From positions 110,897 to 174,896 of the forward strand of contig JAAZAU010000012.1 in the NCBI GenBank assembly GCA_012514175.1: 64,000 bases of DNA. Direction: 5' to 3'. Below, piece by piece: positions 18,480 to 27,247 of the stretch (positions are counted from its first letter, which is position 1; each line of letters begins with the position of its first letter). Under the pieces are notes generated by a model. It was not told where the DNA came from. It was given only the letters and a program-made list of their open reading frames with translations, and did not search any database. A program made the translations under genes and the position numbers. This DNA comes from Parcubacteria group bacterium (lineage in GTDB: Bacteria > Patescibacteriota > Minisyncoccia > Phycocordibacterales > WO2-35-19).

Positions 18480-20065
18480 ATATATTCGGAATAACAAGCT
18501 TGATGATATTCTTTGCAGGAATTGGCTTTGGTCTTTTTTTGTATTCATCTGACAGAACTTCAAAACTTAATAAATCTTGGTTTATAGTTTCAATTTTTAC
18601 AGCCTTATGGGGGTTATCACTTTTCGGGGTCACTTCCGCGGACACAGCAAACATTGCTATGAAATGGCAATGTTTGCTTGATGTGTCCGCTACTTTTATT
18701 CCAGTCACATATTTTTATTTCGTTTGTCAACTATTAAAAATAAAAAGAAAAGCCTGCAATAGATGTATTTTAATTTTGGGAATTGTAATAGCAATATTTT
18801 CCTTAACTCCTTATCACAAAACAGAAATTACTACAAGATATGGTTTTTTTTGGGTTGATCCGGGGGAATATTACTTCTTGTTTTCATTTTTCTTTGGAAT
18901 TGTAACTCTCACATCACTTTTCTTGTTAATACAAGGATACTTCAAAAACAGAAAAGAACCCCTGTTTAGAGCTCAAATAAGAAACACATTAATAGCGGGC
19001 ATAATAGGTTTTGGAGGAGGTATCACCAATTTCTTTCCACAACATATAGATATATACCCATATGGTAATTATTTTATTTTACTTTATGTGTTTTTCATGA
19101 GTTATGGAGTATTGAAATACAAATTACTAAACACAAAAATAATATCTGCTCAATTGTTAGCGGGAGCAATTGTTTTAATATTTTTATTTGATCTATTAAG
19201 ATTTAATTACAATTTATATGATTGGATTGTAAAATTTATATTATTTATACTTGTTTTGTTATTTAGTGTTTTCTTAATAAGAAGCGTATTTAAAGAAATA
19301 GAGCAACGTGAACATATAAAAAACCTCGCTAAAGATTTACAGGAAGCAAATGAAAAATTGAAAGAATTGGATCAAATGAAATCAGAATTTATGTCCTTAG
19401 CCACACACCAAATTAGAGCGCCACTGACCGCTATCCGAGGTTATTCTTCAATGCTTCTAGAAGGGGATTTTGGAGCTTTGCCAGCAAAGGCTGCCGATTC
19501 TATAGAAGTCATAACCAAATCCAGTCAAAACCTGATTGATATCGTGAACGATTTCCTCAACATTTCCAGAATAGAGCAAGGGAGAATGGTTTATGAAAAA
19601 AGTGTTTTTGATTTAGTGAAATTGGTAAAAGAAGTAGCGGATGAGTTGAGACCTAACATTAAAGACGCTGGGTTAGATTTGAAAATCAATATAATACCAA
19701 ACAATCTTTTTATGGAAGTGAACGGTGATAGAAACAAATTGAGACAAGTTTTCAGCAATCTTTTAGACAACGCCACCAAATACACACTGAAAGGTAGTAT
19801 TGAAATTTCTATTACAGAAGAAAATTCTAAAGCAAAGATAGAAGTAAAAGACACCGGTGTTGGCATAGACCCAGCAGAAACCGAAAAACTTTTCGGAAAA
19901 TTTAACAGAGCCAAGGACGCAAACAAAACCAATGTTATTGGCACTGGAATCGGTCTTTATCTTGCTAAAAAAATAGTGGAAGCTCACGATGGTCGTATCC
20001 AGGTTTTTTCAGAAGGTTTAGATCATGGCACCACTTTTACCATTGAATTACCTTTGGAAAAATAA
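18476..20065 (+). CDS. sensor histidine kinase with multi-TM N-terminal sensor domain (orphan, no adjacent response regulator)
   Basis: 529 aa with about 7 predicted TM helices, then a coiled coil, H-box HQIRAPLTAIRGY, N-box and G-boxes (GTGIGLYLAKKIVEAHDGRI). Confidence 0.9.
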   Translation: MNIFGITSLMIFFAGIGFGLFLYSSDRTSKLNKSWFIVSIFTALWGLSLFGVTSADTANIAMKWQCLLDVSATFIPVTYFYFVCQLLKIKRKACNRCILILGIVIAIFSLTPYHKTEITTRYGFFWVDPGEYYFLFSFFFGIVTLTSLFLLIQGYFKNRKEPLFRAQIRNTLIAGIIGFGGGITNFFPQHIDIYPYGNYFILLYVFFMSYGVLKYKLLNTKIISAQLLAGAIVLIFLFDLLRFNYNLYDWIVKFILFILVLLFSVFLIRSVFKEIEQREHIKNLAKDLQEANEKLKELDQMKSEFMSLATHQIRAPLTAIRGYSSMLLEGDFGALPAKAADSIEVITKSSQNLIDIVNDFLNISRIEQGRMVYEKSVFDLVKLVKEVADELRPNIKDAGLDLKINIIPNNLFMEVNGDRNKLRQVFSNLLDNATKYTLKGSIEISITEENSKAKIEVKDTGVGIDPAETEKLFGKFNRAKDANKTNVIGTGIGLYLAKKIVEAHDGRIQVFSEGLDHGTTFTIELPLEK

Positions 20066-20141
20066 TAGGGTAAAATTTGTATTCCATAATAAAAAATGTA
20101 AGTCTATACAAATTTGTAAAGTAGTCTAAAATCTAAAAAAA

Positions 20142-21038
20142 TTGTATGATGCAACGTATATGCTAAAAAATAAATGTTTTGAATTTCTATCCTGTCCTAT
20201 AGATGGAAGCGACATGGTCTCTTTAGGAAAAAGTGTTTGTTGTGTAAATAAACACTCTTTTGACGTATCAAAAGAAGGATATATAAATATGCTAACGAGC
20301 GATAAACGCTTCAAACAGAAAATAGGTGACGTAAAAGATATGCTACTAGCAAGGTCTAATTTTCTACAAAGCGGATACTACAATTTTCTTTCAGAAGAAA
20401 TAAATAAAATAGCAATAAGATATTTACAAAATAATAACAATAAAGATGGCTGTATTTTAGAAGTAGGTTGTGGCACTGCTTTTTATCTAAAAAGATTAAA
20501 AGACAACATAGATAATGATTTAAAAAAAGAATTTTGCTATTTTGGGACTGATATATCAAAAGAAGCAATCAAAATCTCAGCAAAAAAATATAAAGACATA
20601 AATTTCATAGTTGCAGATACTTACTTTAAAATTCCTATAAAAAACAAAACTGTAAAAATTATTTTAAATATATTTTCTCCCAGAAATCCGGAAGAATTTT
20701 CAAGATTATTAGACGATAAAGGGATTATAATAACAGTGATTCCAAACGAAAATCATCTTAACGAACTTATAGAAAAATTCGGACTAGTAAAAGTCGAACA
20801 AGAAAAGAAAAAACATCTAATGGACGCTCTTGATGGTCAATTTGACAAAATAGAAGACTATAATTTTACGAAGAAAATTTCTTTAAAATCTAATTCTATC
20901 ATAGACTTAATTAAAATGGGACCAAGCTATAAATGTCTAAATGATAAAAAAATAATAAACATAAAAAATATGAACAAAAATTTATTAGAAGTAACTGCTT
21001 CTTTCAATATCTTAGTTTTTGTTTCAAAAAGCCGGTAA
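20142..21038 (+). CDS. RlmA-like 23S rRNA (guanine-N1) methyltransferase
   Basis: 298 aa. N-terminal Zn-ribbon CPIDGS...CCVNKHSFDVSKEGYINML matches the RlmA CPxC...HxFDxAKEGYVNLL pattern. Class I SAM motif LEVGCGTAFY. Confidence 0.75.
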   Translation: MYDATYMLKNKCFEFLSCPIDGSDMVSLGKSVCCVNKHSFDVSKEGYINMLTSDKRFKQKIGDVKDMLLARSNFLQSGYYNFLSEEINKIAIRYLQNNNNKDGCILEVGCGTAFYLKRLKDNIDNDLKKEFCYFGTDISKEAIKISAKKYKDINFIVADTYFKIPIKNKTVKIILNIFSPRNPEEFSRLLDDKGIIITVIPNENHLNELIEKFGLVKVEQEKKKHLMDALDGQFDKIEDYNFTKKISLKSNSIIDLIKMGPSYKCLNDKKIINIKNMNKNLLEVTASFNILVFVSKSR

Positions 21039-21060
21039 CCAATACAACTGGTTACCGGCT
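21030..21060 (+). terminator. bidirectional terminator between rlmA-like and DUF397 genes
   Basis: AGCCGGTAACC-AATACAACT-GGTTACCGGCT perfect 11-bp stem. Confidence 0.7.
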
Positions 21061-21078
21061 TGATAAGTAATGACTTTT

Positions 21079-21294
21079 CTAAGACATTTCAAATTCGTTG
21101 TCTTTGACACCTTTCGAAAATGCCTGCCATTCACCACGTGAAAAACACAAAACTGAACCTTCTGGATTCTTGGAATCCCGAACGAAGACCATCTCATCCT
21201 TGAAAGCCACCTCAACACACCGATTGTGTGTATATTGGGAATAGGATGACTTTCGGAAATTCAACCCTTCGATATTCTGCACATTCTTGCTCAT
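21079..21294 (-). CDS. DUF397 domain protein
   Basis: 71 aa: FRKSSYSQYTHNRCVEVAF...VFVRDSKNPEGSVLCFSRGEWQAFSKGVKDNEFE closely matches the actinomycete DUF397 consensus (WRKSSYS..NCVEVA..VRDSKDP.GP.L.F...EW.AF..GVK.GEFD). Confidence 0.8.
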   Translation of the reverse strand: MSKNVQNIEGLNFRKSSYSQYTHNRCVEVAFKDEMVFVRDSKNPEGSVLCFSRGEWQAFSKGVKDNEFEMS

Positions 21295-21297
21295 AAC

Positions 21298-22110
21298 TTA
21301 TCCCTCCTGAGAAACAATGTTGTGATATTGTTTCCAGATTTGTAAGTATTTTTGGTAAGACCCCACGTTCTGTTTTATAACAAAACGATTTATATTGTCT
21401 CTCTCATCTCCTTTCTCACTTTCTAAATCATTTATAAGTCTTAATACTTCATTTGGTTTTGGCCCAGAAAAATGAACCAGTCTTGCATTAGGATTGAAAC
21501 CCCACCAAGGTTTCCAGTCATATTCAGGTGATAAGTTATCCCATTTTTGAGAATAAAATGTATTCCACGCTCCTTGACTACAAGGACCATGTCCTGCAAA
21601 AGAAAAATCAAAATTGTGCGAAATCAGATGTTTAACAAATTTATCGTAATCCTCCCTTAATCTTTGAAGATTTAACACCATTACTCCAGTACTCACAAAT
21701 GTCCAATCCAACACATCCCAATCTGGTGGTGCAGAAAAGTATCTAGGTTTATGGTCAAATTCCAAATTGTTCATAACCATAATATCTGCATCAAGATATA
21801 TCGCGTACTCATCATCGATACTGTTTGCTTTGAAAGCATTAGCTGTTTCAATACACAAATAAGCTCCAGCACAATAATCGAAAGATTTATTACCTGTATA
21901 TGTCATTTCAATTTCTTCCAAAAACGGAACCTGCCATCTAATACAAGGTACCTTGCGATTATAGAGCCAAGACATAAAGCTAATATCCTGACCGTCATAC
22001 AAACAACATACATCAACATTAGAATTTAATTGTGCTGTTAATACCAAGACCTTAGCCATCTCGATATAAGTAGGATCTCTATCAGTTACCGTAAATACAC
22101 ATTTCATCAT
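21298..22110 (-). CDS. glycosyltransferase family 8 (LgtC/glycogenin-like)
   Basis: 270 aa with DxD motif (YLDADIMV) and the GT8 C-terminal HFSGPKP (I-HF-G-x-KPW-like) motif. Sits 4 bp upstream of the DUF397 gene on the same strand. Confidence 0.8.
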   Translation of the reverse strand: MMKCVFTVTDRDPTYIEMAKVLVLTAQLNSNVDVCCLYDGQDISFMSWLYNRKVPCIRWQVPFLEEIEMTYTGNKSFDYCAGAYLCIETANAFKANSIDDEYAIYLDADIMVMNNLEFDHKPRYFSAPPDWDVLDWTFVSTGVMVLNLQRLREDYDKFVKHLISHNFDFSFAGHGPCSQGAWNTFYSQKWDNLSPEYDWKPWWGFNPNARLVHFSGPKPNEVLRLINDLESEKGDERDNINRFVIKQNVGSYQKYLQIWKQYHNIVSQEG

Positions 22111-22213
22111 CTTCTTCTCCCAATATTTTTAAAATTGTAAAACAACAATTACATCCAATTTAGATTGGATTATATAAATCACAAATAGTCAAATACAGAA
22201 ATTACCATTTAGA

Positions 22214-22271
22214 TCACATTCGGAAATTTAGGTCATGGCACCACTTTTACCATTGAATTACCTTTGGAAAA
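22214..22271 (+). pseudogene. remnant copy of the histidine-kinase 3' end (direct repeat of 20005..20061)
   Basis: 39 nt (22233..22271) are identical to 20023..20061. Flanking bases are also similar. The fragment encodes ..GHGTTFTIELPLE.. in frame, like the kinase C-terminus (DHGTTFTIELPLEK*). Confidence 0.7.
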
Positions 22272-22299
22272 CAGAAAACAATTTACAAAATAGTCTATA

Positions 22300-22328
22300 T
22301 TGACTTTAAGTGCTAAATTTGCTATAAT
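22300..22328 (+). promoter_or_regulatory. consensus sigma70-type promoter
   Basis: TTGACT - 17 nt - TATAAT. A short hairpin plus T-run follows at 22357..22384, then the DUF167/tyrS genes. Confidence 0.55.
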
Positions 22329-22420
22329 TAGGGGTAGTGCTTCTCATAGAAATCAAAAAAGAGCCTCATCAGCTCTTTTTTATTTAGGAAAATATTCAAA
22401 AAAATGCTATTTTATAAAAG

Positions 22421-22681
22421 ATGAAAGTTTATGTGAAAGCCAAAACCAGAGCAAAGGAAGAAAAAATTGATCCAGCCACGCTGGAGTTGTGGCAAGCAAA
22501 GAAAAATCACGATTCTTCTGATTTAAACTGGTTAACTGTATCTGTTAAAGAACCACCAACCCAAGGTCAAGCCAACATAGCAATAATGAAAGCGTTGGCA
22601 AAATTTTTTGGCGTTTCCAGTTTTCAAGTGCGCTTGGTTTCGGGCTTTTCCTCCAAACAAAAGGTTTTTGAAATTTCATAA
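22421..22681 (+). CDS. DUF167 (YggU-like) protein
   Basis: 86 aa with GQANIAIMKALAKFFGVSSFQVRLVSGFSSKQKVFEI matching the YggU/UPF0235 pattern. Confidence 0.75.
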   Translation: MKVYVKAKTRAKEEKIDPATLELWQAKKNHDSSDLNWLTVSVKEPPTQGQANIAIMKALAKFFGVSSFQVRLVSGFSSKQKVFEIS

Positions 22682-22697
22682 AAAGAATGGTAGGATA

Positions 22698-23939
22698 ATG
22701 AATAATATGGATCCATTAAAAAATTTACAGGACAGAGGATTTGTAAAAAATTGCTCAAACGAGTCTGCTTTGCGCGAAAAAATCACCAAAGAACCAATAA
22801 CTTTTTACGTGGGTTTTGATGCTACTGCCGACAGTTTGCACGTAGGTCACTTAATGCCCATTATGGCCGTTGCCCATCTTCAAAAAGCGGGGCATATTCC
22901 TATTTTGGTAGTTGGTGGTGGCACAACCCTCATCGGCGATCCCAGCGGTAGGACCGAAATGAGAAAAATGCTTTCTCTTGAAACCATTATGCATAATGCT
23001 GAACAAGTCCAAAAACAACTCAGTAAATTTATTTCTTTTGAAGACCAAAAAGGCATGTTTCAAAACAACCTAGAATGGTTAGCAGATTTAAAATACATTG
23101 AGTTCCTTAGAGATGTTGGTAAATATTTCAGAGTTAATGAAATGATAAAATCTGAGGCTTACAGACTACGCTTAGAAAGACAAGATGGTCTTTCGTTTAT
23201 TGAATTTAACTACCAACTTTTGCAAGCTTATGATTTCTTAATGCTGAACGATAAATACGGTTGCGTTTTACAAATTGGCGGTGATGATCAGTGGGGCAAC
23301 ATCGTAGCGGGGGTGAGTCTCATCAGGCAAATGAGACAAAAAGAAGTTTACGCTCTCACTTTTCCATTATTAGAAACAGCAAGTGGTAAAAAAATGGGGA
23401 AGACCGAAGCTGGTGCAGTCTGGTTTGACGCTCTGAAAACTTCACCTTTTGAATATTATCAATATTGGATCAACACTGATGACAGAGATGTGATTAAATT
23501 TTTGAAATTTTTCACTTTCTTGTCTTTAGACGAAATCGCAGAAATGGAAAAACTTACCGGCGCCGACATCCGTCAAGCTAAAGAGACACTCGCTTTTGAA
23601 GCCACTAAAATCGCCCACGGTGAAGAAGAAGCAAAAAAAGCTATGGAAGCTTCTAGATCACTTTTCGGCTCTGATGTAAAAGATCACGAAAACATCCCTA
23701 GTAAACAAGTAGAAAAAAAATTATTTGAAAAAGGTATCTCGGTTGTTGATTTATTTTGTATAGCAGGATTAGCCACAAGCAAAACCGCATCACGAAAACT
23801 TATTGAACAAGGGGGCGCATACATAGAAAATGAACGTGTCACATCAGCTGAAAAAATCATCACCGAAAAAGACCTGGTTGATAACTCCATTCTTTTAAGA
23901 CAAGGCAAGAAAAATTATATTAAAGTAGTTTTGAAATAA
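22698..23939 (+). CDS. tyrS: tyrosine--tRNA ligase
   Basis: HIGH motif in FYVGFDATADSLHVGHL, KMSKS-like KMGKT and C-terminal S4-like domain. The track ORF starts at an upstream TTG overlapping DUF167. The ATG at 22698 (MNNMDPLKN) is preferred. Confidence 0.92.
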   Translation: MNNMDPLKNLQDRGFVKNCSNESALREKITKEPITFYVGFDATADSLHVGHLMPIMAVAHLQKAGHIPILVVGGGTTLIGDPSGRTEMRKMLSLETIMHNAEQVQKQLSKFISFEDQKGMFQNNLEWLADLKYIEFLRDVGKYFRVNEMIKSEAYRLRLERQDGLSFIEFNYQLLQAYDFLMLNDKYGCVLQIGGDDQWGNIVAGVSLIRQMRQKEVYALTFPLLETASGKKMGKTEAGAVWFDALKTSPFEYYQYWINTDDRDVIKFLKFFTFLSLDEIAEMEKLTGADIRQAKETLAFEATKIAHGEEEAKKAMEASRSLFGSDVKDHENIPSKQVEKKLFEKGISVVDLFCIAGLATSKTASRKLIEQGGAYIENERVTSAEKIITEKDLVDNSILLRQGKKNYIKVVLK

Positions 23940-23948
23940 AACAAGAAA

Positions 23949-23978
23949 AAAGAAGCGTCCTCCAAGCGCTTCTTTTTT
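23949..23978 (+). terminator. bidirectional terminator between tyrS and HNH gene
   Basis: AAGAAGCG-TCCTCCAAG-CGCTTCTT followed by TTTTT. Confidence 0.7.
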
Positions 23979-23997
23979 GATAAGAACAAAAGAACAA

Positions 23998-24546
23998 TTA
24001 ATTTTTCTTTTTCCTAATTGAGATTTTGGCAGTTTTGGATTTGGTAAAAAATTCAATATCGGGATCTAACCAAACCTTATTACAAATTTCCAAAATCTCA
24101 TCCAAAGAAAGATTATCAAACAACAAAATCCAAGCGCACAACTTTTTGGCTTCGGACTTACTGTTTATGTTGGTCAAATTTATTACTTGTCTCAAACTTT
24201 TAGAGTTAAATAATTTGTTGCGTCTACTTTTTTGGTGAGACTCCAAAAGATTTAAGACAATTTGTCTGGCCATCAAAACAGCTTTGCCTTCACCAAATTT
24301 TTTCCAATACTTTTCCAATTTGAAGGCCACTTTTTCGTTAGGATACCTGTCAAAAAGCAGGTTCCAAGCTTGGTGATGTTCCGCTGAAACAAAAGATATA
24401 TTTCTGTCGGAATCATCACCTCCGTCTTCTCTTCGTTTGCGGTGGTGGATTGTATAACCAGTTGGTGCGCTTATTCCCACGCCTTTCCTCCTTGGTTGGT
24501 GTTTGTCTTTCCACAATATACCCCCATTTTTAAGAAAATCAAACAA
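23998..24546 (-). CDS. HNH endonuclease domain protein
   Basis: 182 aa. N-terminal YTIHHRKRREDGGDD..NISFVSAEHH fits the HNH/His-Me finger pattern (HH...GG...N...H). C-terminal ~100 aa has no recognised family. Confidence 0.6.
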   Translation of the reverse strand: MFDFLKNGGILWKDKHQPRRKGVGISAPTGYTIHHRKRREDGGDDSDRNISFVSAEHHQAWNLLFDRYPNEKVAFKLEKYWKKFGEGKAVLMARQIVLNLLESHQKSRRNKLFNSKSLRQVINLTNINSKSEAKKLCAWILLFDNLSLDEILEICNKVWLDPDIEFFTKSKTAKISIRKKKN

Positions 24547-24569
24547 ATAAAGTTTGTTAGAATACTTTT

Positions 24570-26219
24570 ATGACCCAAAAAGAAGCCTTGGACATCCTAA
24601 AAACTGGAAGAAACGTGTTTTTAACTGGCGCCGCAGGTTCCGGCAAAACTCACGTTTTACGCGAATATATTGCTTATTTAAAAGACTTAGACGCTAATAT
24701 CGGCATCACTGCCTCAACAGGCATCGCGGCGACTCATATGGGCGGAACTACCATACATTCGTGGAGCGGTATTGGTATCAGAGATTCTCTTTCTAAAAGT
24801 GAAATCAAAGAAATCGCCGAAAAAAGACAGGTCAGAAAAACCGTGCAAGACGCTTCAGTTTTAATCATAGACGAGATTTCTATGTTACATCATTTTAGAC
24901 TAGACCTTATAGATTCTGTAATCAGGGAAGTTAAAAATTGTAACGAATCTTTTGGTGGTATGCAGGTAGTTTTTTGTGGTGATTTTTTTCAATTACCACC
25001 AGTCAGAAAAGCGGGCGGACCAGAAACTTTATTTGCTTATCATTCTGAAACTTGGAAAAATCTTAATCTTAAAATTTGTTATCTTTCCGAACAACACCGT
25101 CAAAACGATTTGGATTATTTAAAAATATTAAATGCGGTTAGAGAATCTTCGGTGTCTGAGGAAATTATAGAAACCTTAAAAACCAGATTCCATCAAAACA
25201 TCCCAACAGAACCAACCAAACTTTATTCTCATAATCGCGATGTTAATTCTGAAAATGAAAACGAACTGAATAAAATACCAGGTAAAACTTTTGAATATGA
25301 AATGCGTGAGATGGGACGCCAAAGCATCATAAAATCTTTGAAAAAAAGTTGCTTGGCGCCGGAAACTCTAAAACTAAAAGTGGGCGCTAAGGTGATGTTT
25401 GTAAAAAATAATTTTGAACAAGGTTATGTTAATGGCACCTTGGGCACTGTTATAAAATGTGGTTATGAAGAGATAACAGTTCAAACATTTTCTGGCAAAA
25501 CTATTGATGTTGAGAGAGAAACTTGGGTGATAGAAGAAGATGGCAAAATCAAAGCGGAAATAAACCAGTATCCTTTGCGATTAGCCTGGGCTATTACCGT
25601 TCATAAAAGCCAGGGTATGTCTCTAGATTCGGCTCTGATAGATTTATCACGTTCTTTTGAAAGAGGAATGGGTTATGTGGCGCTTTCCCGGGTGCGTTCT
25701 TTAGAAGGACTTTTTTTGAAAGGATTTAACTATATGGCATTGCAGATCAATGAAGAAGTTCTTGAACAAGACAAAAAATTTAAAGAATATTCTAAAACCA
25801 ATTCTTTCCACATAAGAACAATGGGGGAGAAAAAACTTTCCCAAATGCATCAAGAATTTGCTAAAAAAATAAAGGGGGTTCGCTCCGCTAAAGCAACACG
25901 AAATAAAGAAAAAACTACTGTGGAACAAACTAAAGATTTGCTTGATGAAGGCAAAGGTCTAAAAGAAATTGCTAAAATTAGAGGCCTGAAACTCGGCACG
26001 ATTTTGGATCATATAGAACAAATAAAAAAACAAGATAACAACTACAATATTTACAATCTCCGAAACAGCATCACGAAAAATAAATTCAAAGAAATTTATA
26101 ACGCTTTTCGCAAAAATGGCATAAGTGAAGGTGGTGTTTACCATTTAGCGCCAGTCAAAAACCTTCTCGGTCCAAAATATTCTTATGACGATTTGCGATT
26201 AGTGCGATTGTTTTTGTAA
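24570..26219 (+). CDS. Pif1/RecD-family ATP-dependent DNA helicase with C-terminal HTH-like extension
   Basis: 549 aa with Walker A GAAGSGKTH, DEISML, QLPPV and VHKSQGMSLD motifs typical of Pif1-like SF1B helicases. Confidence 0.85.
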   Translation: MTQKEALDILKTGRNVFLTGAAGSGKTHVLREYIAYLKDLDANIGITASTGIAATHMGGTTIHSWSGIGIRDSLSKSEIKEIAEKRQVRKTVQDASVLIIDEISMLHHFRLDLIDSVIREVKNCNESFGGMQVVFCGDFFQLPPVRKAGGPETLFAYHSETWKNLNLKICYLSEQHRQNDLDYLKILNAVRESSVSEEIIETLKTRFHQNIPTEPTKLYSHNRDVNSENENELNKIPGKTFEYEMREMGRQSIIKSLKKSCLAPETLKLKVGAKVMFVKNNFEQGYVNGTLGTVIKCGYEEITVQTFSGKTIDVERETWVIEEDGKIKAEINQYPLRLAWAITVHKSQGMSLDSALIDLSRSFERGMGYVALSRVRSLEGLFLKGFNYMALQINEEVLEQDKKFKEYSKTNSFHIRTMGEKKLSQMHQEFAKKIKGVRSAKATRNKEKTTVEQTKDLLDEGKGLKEIAKIRGLKLGTILDHIEQIKKQDNNYNIYNLRNSITKNKFKEIYNAFRKNGISEGGVYHLAPVKNLLGPKYSYDDLRLVRLFL

Positions 26220-26253
26220 CCTCTTCTGAGTATTTCTATATTTTGCGCAAATC

Positions 26254-26289
26254 AAATCCCGCTGTTTGTTTAAAACAGCGGGATTTTTT
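26254..26289 (+). terminator. rho-independent terminator after helicase gene
   Basis: AAATCCCGCTGTTT-GTTT-AAACAGCGGGATTTTTT. Confidence 0.75.
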
Positions 26290-26321
26290 GATAAATTGCT
26301 TTTGTTGTAAGAGAGAGCAAG

Positions 26322-27194
26322 GTGAGTTATCCTATAGATATGAAAAATATCAAAATTTGGACAGAAGAGATGGGTGAATACAAACTCTTAGATTCAGGGA
26401 ATAAAGAAAAATTAGAAGAAATCGGGGGTATAAAAATAGTAAGAAACGAGCCGAGAGCTTGGTGGGAACCTGAACTTTCAAAAGAAAAATGGAAAACAGA
26501 ATCATTTTTAAAAAAAGGGGAAGGGTTAGAAGCTGTTATTGATATTGGTTTAGAAGGAATCAAAGCAAAAATAAGATACAAAAAAACCTCCAAACATATC
26601 GGTATTTTTCCAGAACAGTTTCCGCAATGGCAATGGATCTTTAAAAAAATTACAGACACCAAATTACAAACGCCAAACAGAGTAGTGAATGTTTTAAATT
26701 TATTTGGTTATACCGGAATGGCAAGTTTGGTCGCAACAAAAGCTAATGCTAAAGTCACTCACGTAGACGCTTCAAAACCAAGTGTTGATTGGGCAAGAGA
26801 AAATCAAAAACTTTCTAAAATGGAAAAAGCTCCAATAAGATGGGTGGTTGATGATGTGGTTAAATTTATAAAAAAAGAAAAGAACAGAGGTATAAAATAC
26901 GACTGCATCATAATGGACCCGCCAAGTTATGGAAAAGGTCCAAAAGGAGAAGTTTGGAAAATAGAAAAAGAGCTTCCAAATTTACTTTTGGCTTGTAGAG
27001 AAATTTTAAGCGATCAACCTTTGTTTATAATTTTTAATATGTATTCTACCGAACTCTCTTCAATTTCTGTCGCCAACTTACTTTCTGAAATAACAAAAGA
27101 TTTGGGGGGCACCATTGAATCTGGCGAACTTGCCCTTAAGACCACAAATTCCAACCGTCTTCTGCCTATGTCTATTTTCGCTTTATGGAATTAA
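26322..27194 (+). CDS. class I SAM-dependent methyltransferase (RlmI/YccW-like, putative rRNA methyltransferase)
   Basis: 290 aa with VLNLFGYTGMASL...HVDASK and IIMDPPSYGKG motifs typical of the RlmI-type MTase fold. Confidence 0.7.
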   Translation: MSYPIDMKNIKIWTEEMGEYKLLDSGNKEKLEEIGGIKIVRNEPRAWWEPELSKEKWKTESFLKKGEGLEAVIDIGLEGIKAKIRYKKTSKHIGIFPEQFPQWQWIFKKITDTKLQTPNRVVNVLNLFGYTGMASLVATKANAKVTHVDASKPSVDWARENQKLSKMEKAPIRWVVDDVVKFIKKEKNRGIKYDCIIMDPPSYGKGPKGEVWKIEKELPNLLLACREILSDQPLFIIFNMYSTELSSISVANLLSEITKDLGGTIESGELALKTTNSNRLLPMSIFALWN

Positions 27195-27203
27195 AAAAGA
27201 AAA

Positions 27204-27226
27204 GGTCCGAGGTAAAACCTCGGACC
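27204..27226 (+). terminator. bidirectional terminator between methyltransferase and lipase genes
   Basis: GGTCCGAGGT-AAAA-CCTCGGACC perfect hairpin flanked by A/T runs on both sides. Confidence 0.8.
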
Positions 27227-27247
27227 TGAAAATTTTAATTTTAGAAA

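Noticed and set aside
22608-22697. Upstream TTG-initiated extension of tyrS overlapping DUF167
   Set aside because: The track ORF starts at TTG inside the preceding gene. The conserved TyrRS N-terminus begins at ATG 22698 (MNNMDPLKNLQDRGF).
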